Source of the DNA: a virus
Taxonomy: Duplodnaviria; Caudoviricetes
Direction: 5' to 3' (one strand)
Virus record (IMG/VR): IMGVR_UViG_3300044953_000267
Location: 1-62,568 of that record
Length of the DNA: 62,568 bases
Positions 59,527-62,568 of this stretch are shown here, one piece after another (within the stretch, counting starts at the first letter, position 1; every line of letters starts with the position of its first letter). Made by a program: the position numbers and the translations under genes. Under the pieces are notes generated by a model. The model saw nothing but the letters and a program-made list of their open reading frames with translations. It had not been told where the DNA came from and ran no database searches.

Positions 59527-60297
59527 TTAACTAAAATTTTTATCAGATTCTTGTATATATGTAATATTTTTAGGTTCTTTAATGACTCCTGTATTTAAAA
59601 ACGAATAACTATAACTATATTTACCGATGTGAGACAATCTTATAGTTGTATCACAATATAATTTTATTCCAATTTGTCTTAGTCTATGACAAAATGCAAA
59701 ATCTTCTCCTAGATATTCATCATCAAGAAGTATTGGATAAAAATATGGATATACATTATATTGTCCTCCCCATATTTTCACTTTTTTCATGTTTAAATCT
59801 TTTGCCATTTTTTCATATACACTTCTGTGAGTATACATAAATCCAGTGGCAGAATAATTTACTTCATACAATCTTCCTTGTTCACCTAACTTTACTTTAG
59901 TATCAACAAATTGGGTAGTTAATGAAGGCCAACCTTTTACACTATAAGGAGCACTTACAAATAATAACTTGTGATTTATTATTTTTTCTACATCATGTGG
60001 CCAAAATGCAACATCAGCGTCAATCCAAAACAAATGTTCGAATCCTGAATCTAATGCTTCTTGTGCCATTGCACATCTTCCTTGATCAATCGCAGACCAA
60101 CCATATCTTCGCCAAACTGTATATCCTAAATTTTCCAATTTTCGTAAAGATTCATCAACAGATGGTTCGATGCTATTAGAAACTGGTACTAAAATTACAA
60201 CAGATTTAGGAATAACCTTATTTGAAAGTACATTTTTTAAATCTTTTTGTTTCTTTTCACGAAACTTCCTAAATAAATTGACAATATAATCTATCAT
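59527..60297 (-). CDS. GT-A fold glycosyltransferase
   Basis: R...A..AL..GFEHLFWIDAD (DxD), ATGFM, GEDFAFC.R, L.HIG. Confidence 0.8.
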   Translation of the reverse strand: MIDYIVNLFRKFREKKQKDLKNVLSNKVIPKSVVILVPVSNSIEPSVDESLRKLENLGYTVWRRYGWSAIDQGRCAMAQEALDSGFEHLFWIDADVAFWPHDVEKIINHKLLFVSAPYSVKGWPSLTTQFVDTKVKLGEQGRLYEVNYSATGFMYTHRSVYEKMAKDLNMKKVKIWGGQYNVYPYFYPILLDDEYLGEDFAFCHRLRQIGIKLYCDTTIRLSHIGKYSYSYSFLNTGVIKEPKNITYIQESDKNFS

Positions 60298-60317
60298 AAT
60301 AATATAAATAAGTAGTA

Positions 60318-60800
60318 CTAATTTTTAAAATATTTAATAACTTTGCGCCCACCTTCAAATTCTTTTACAACTTCTTGTTTATCAAATAAATGCTCAAAAG
60401 GTGGCATATATGTATCTCCTTCATATTTTCCATTTACATGAGTGACATGAAATTCTGTAATATATGGAAGAAATAACGCATAAGTCTTTGCACCACCAAT
60501 ACATATCAGATTTGGTTGAGATTCTTTAATTACTAAGATATTTTGAAATGATTTATAGCATAACGCACTATTAAAAATTGGATCATAAGAATCTTCATAC
60601 CCGTTAGATGTTGATGTTACAACTATTATATTTCTATTTCTAAGAGGAGGTAGAGTATCAAACGTTCTATGTCCACAAAATAATATTTTATTAGTAGTAA
60701 ACTATTTAAAATACTTAAAATCATCTTTTATAGTTGGCCACGTAAGTCCTCCATTTTTACCCACGGCTCTGTTTTCAGACATCGCCATTATTGCTTTCAT
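60318..60800 (-). pseudogene. folA: Dihydrofolate reductase with in-frame TAG (60702-60704)
   Basis: Manual translation MKAIMAMSENRAVGKNGGLTWPTIKDDFKYFK*FTT...GHRTFDTLPPLRNRNIIVV...IGGAKTY...EGDTYMP. Confidence 0.9.
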
Positions 60801-60803
60801 AAC

Positions 60804-60890
60804 TTATTTGTAAAAATTTGGAGTTCTCCAATGTGGTTCTATAATAATTTTACCGTTAACATATAACTTTGCTCTATATTTATATTTCAT
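60804..60890 (-). CDS. Tiny ORF (28 aa) upstream of DHFR
   Basis: MKYKYRAKLYVNGKIIIEPHWRTPNFYK, downstream of a sigma70-like promoter. Confidence 0.4.
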   Translation of the reverse strand: MKYKYRAKLYVNGKIIIEPHWRTPNFYK

Positions 60891-60899
60891 AACTTGATT

Positions 60900-60927
60900 A
60901 GTATACTAAAAAATTTATCAACGTCAA
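60900..60927 (-). promoter_or_regulatory. Sigma70-like promoter
   Basis: Minus strand TTGACG-N16-TATACT. Confidence 0.5.
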
Positions 60928-60946
60928 GACTTTGGTGTGTAAAAAA

Positions 60947-61414
60947 TCAACTTAAATTAGTATAATAATCTTGATATTGACTGTGATTTCCTATAAAAAT
61001 CCACTTTAAATATATTTGATTTGTAGCATCATATCTATATGCGATTGCTCTATAATTTCCATTAATATCAACTGACCAATATTTTCTATTAATTTGTTTT
61101 AAAGGTTTGAAATGTAAACTTGGATCAAATGGATTTTTTAAAAATAATTGAAATTTTAATTTAGATACTTTCTTAACAGGTTCTGGTAATTTATCATACA
61201 TTTCCCAAAATTCTTTTGTAGGTCTGCTATCTACTAATATTTTTATGTTAGATGAAATCTCTGTTACATACTCCATTTCCTTTTCAAGTGAACGAGAAGT
61301 GTCAACTGGTGTATTGAAAATTTCCCAATCTGCTGTTTCTTCCCAATCTGTTGGATTTAAAAACTCAAATAATAATTTTTTGTGGCGTTCAAATGTATCA
61401 GAAAATATATTCAT
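60947..61414 (-). CDS. RelE/ParE-superfamily toxin-like domain with N-terminal extension
   Basis: F...Y.KLP..V...F..NPFDPSLHFKPL...WSV.INGNYRA...W.FIGNHSQY; likely start ATG 61414. Confidence 0.75.
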   Translation of the reverse strand: MNIFSDTFERHKKLLFEFLNPTDWEETADWEIFNTPVDTSRSLEKEMEYVTEISSNIKILVDSRPTKEFWEMYDKLPEPVKKVSKLKFQLFLKNPFDPSLHFKPLKQINRKYWSVDINGNYRAIAYRYDATNQIYLKWIFIGNHSQYQDYYTNLS

Positions 61415-61430
61415 ATCATATAAATATACA

Positions 61431-61463
61431 AAAAAACTCATAAGTAAATAATTACTTATGGGT
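61431..61463 (-). terminator. Probable terminator after tRNA-Ser
   Basis: Minus strand CCCATAAGTAA-TTAT-TTACTTATGAG-TTTTTTT. Confidence 0.6.
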
Positions 61464-61469
61464 CAAATA

Positions 61470-61559
61470 TGGCGGTAGAGGAGGGATTCGAACCCCCAGA
61501 GGCTTTGATACCTCTGCGGTTTTCAAGACCGCCACCTTAGTCCACTCAGCCACCCTACC
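61470..61559 (-). tRNA. tRNA-Ser(UGA)
   Basis: GGTAGGG acceptor, anticodon arm GCGGT-CTTGAAA-ACCGC, long variable arm, GGTTCGAATCC, encoded CCA. Confidence 0.95.
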
Positions 61560-61566
61560 ATGAAAT

Positions 61567-61767
61567 TTATTCTTCTTCTTCCTTTGAAGATTTAGTGATC
61601 TTCAAACTCAAATCACCATTTGCTTCTTCAACTACAGCTTTGATCTCATTTTCAAGCTCTTTAATCTTTTCCTTATAGCCAGCCGCTACATCCTTGAAGT
61701 CTTTTTTTGTAAAAATTAACTTTTCTGTTAATTCATAAACCTTTTTTTCTGCTTCTGTTTTTGTCAT
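61567..61767 (-). CDS. Small coiled-coil hypothetical protein inside the RNA cluster
   Basis: Intact 66-aa ORF. Confidence 0.65.
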   Translation of the reverse strand: MTKTEAEKKVYELTEKLIFTKKDFKDVAAGYKEKIKELENEIKAVVEEANGDLSLKITKSSKEEEE

Positions 61768-61809
61768 ATGTTAATATATATTGTAAATATTTTATTTATT
61801 CGAGAAATT

Positions 61810-62192
61810 TGGTGGACGTGGCGAGAGTCGAACTCGCGTGTTTAATATATTAACTATACCAGACTACATGTTTATTCATTTTGAATTTGTTTGTGACAAT
61901 TCTAATAAATGAAAAACAAAATTGTCCTTTAGATTGCTCAATGTTCAATCATATAACACAATCCGATTATATAATTTACTCTGATAAATGTCATTTACTG
62001 TAATATCAGATATTTTACAATAAACGGGCTACCTTTTAATTAGGCAGCAACGGCGACTTCATCATAAGAGAAGTCATATGCAATTACATTGTCGTCTGCA
62101 TTTAGTTTTTTAATGGATTTTTTAGGAAGCCAACCATTATCTTCCACATGCCTAGCATAACTAGTTTATTAAATCGAAACCAGTACACGCCC
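61810..62192 (-). ncRNA. ssrA: tmRNA; tag peptide (A)ADDNVIAYDFSYDEVAVAA
   Basis: 5' GGGCGTG..TGGTTTCGA pairs with 3' CACGTCC-ACCA including G3:U70; T-arm GCGAG-TTCGACT-CTCGC; resume codon GCA at 62099-62097, stop at 62042-62040. Confidence 0.93.
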
Positions 62193-62250
62193 GTAAATTT
62201 ATTATTTTTTTATTTATATTTTAATATTTATTATAGAAAGGATATTTACT

Positions 62251-62391
62251 ATGATTCTAACTATTATTTTAGTATTAGCAACTGCTGTTGGTGTATTCTT
62301 GTTTGTAAAGAATAATCCTCTTAGAGCAAAGAAAATCGATGATGTTGCAAAAAAAGTAATCAGCGAAGTTGAAGAAGCTATTAAAAAATAA
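62251..62391 (+). CDS. Small single-pass membrane protein (46 aa)
   Basis: MILTIILVLATAVGVFLFVKNNPLRAKKIDDVAKKVISEVEEAIKK; upstream TATTTATT and AAGGA; downstream terminator. Confidence 0.7.
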   Translation: MILTIILVLATAVGVFLFVKNNPLRAKKIDDVAKKVISEVEEAIKK

Positions 62392-62411
62392 ATATATAAA
62401 AGTTACTTTTC

Positions 62412-62437
62412 AAGCCGTACTTATGTACGGCTTTTTT
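62412..62437 (+). terminator. Intrinsic terminator
   Basis: AAGCCGTAC-TTAT-GTACGGCTT-TTTT. Confidence 0.85.
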
Positions 62438-62446
62438 ATTTAAAAA

Positions 62447-62521
62447 TGGCAGGGGATGCTGGAGTCGAACCAACTTCTTCTCGTTCAAAGCGAGACATAA
62501 TAGCCATTATACTAATCCCCC
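62447..62521 (-). tRNA. tRNA-Gln(UUG)
   Basis: GGGGGAT/ATCCCCT acceptor, TCTCG-CTTTGAA-CGAGA anticodon arm, GGTTCGACTCC, CCA. Confidence 0.92.
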
Positions 62522-62529
62522 ATTAAAAT

Positions 62530-62568
62530 TGGAGCGGGTAGTGAGAATCGAACTCACCTTGCCAGTTT
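62530..62568 (-). tRNA. 3' half of a tRNA, probably tRNA-Gly (truncated by window end)
   Basis: GTGAG-TTCGATT-CTCAC T-arm, TACCCGC-T-CCA end (U73 discriminator); anticodon not in window. Confidence 0.75.

Noticed and set aside
60702-60704. Genome-wide TAG=Gln recoding as in some crAss-like/Lak phages
   Set aside because: Only one clearly TAG-interrupted gene was found, long structural genes have none, and the tRNA-Gln here has anticodon UUG rather than CUA
14568-61441. Track start codons at 14652, 52419, 57769 and 61441
   Set aside because: They overlap upstream genes, terminators or leader structures; downstream ATGs at 14568, 52365, 57721 and 61414 fit gene spacing and the upstream motif better
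837-61451. Dozens of short plus-strand ORFs in the track (e.g. 837..1040, 7719..8111, 9791..9997, 15734..16177)
   Set aside because: They are antisense shadows of well-supported minus-strand genes, with F/L/I/S-rich composition and no upstream motif. Only 10723..11196 and 11207..11587 (plus my 62251..62391) are accepted.
61470-61559. Selenocysteine or opal-suppressor tRNA
   Set aside because: Anticodon UGA reads UCA (Ser); a suppressor or tRNA-Sec would have anticodon UCA
460-62240. Canonical T4 late promoters (TATAAATA) driving plus-strand transcription
   Set aside because: The plus-strand copies sit just upstream of minus-strand starts and the motif flips for plus-strand genes, so the functional sense is TATTTAT

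Overview
AT-rich segment of a large myovirus-type (T4-like gene set) bacteriophage genome, coded almost entirely on the minus strand. It holds the virion morphogenesis region (neck and tail-completion proteins, major capsid, scaffold, prohead protease, portal, terminase, tail sheath, baseplate, fibres). Also present are a replication/recombination block (Mre11-Rad50 fusion, primase, RuvC-like resolvase), a gp55-like sigma factor, accessory genes (Hsp20, PhoH, two glycosyltransferases, DHFR with an internal stop, a RelE/ParE-like toxin) and an RNA cluster (tRNA-Ser, tmRNA, tRNA-Gln, partial tRNA-Gly). Main points of interest: (1) a candidate virion O-glycosylation system: a [S/T]-[G/A/S]-S motif saturates outward-facing virion proteins but not enzymes or internal proteins, and a GT60-like polypeptide glycosyltransferase sits directly downstream of the fibre genes; (2) a terminase fractured by an atypically split intein with a free-standing endonuclease between the halves; (3) a strand-specific TATTTAT upstream motif, the reverse complement of the T4 late promoter, which the endonuclease genes appear to mimic; (4) structured leaders before scaffold/MCP and Hsp20; (5) an orphan toxin beside a phage tmRNA; (6) several single in-frame stops. 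All protein calls come from motif recognition by eye. No database searches were run.
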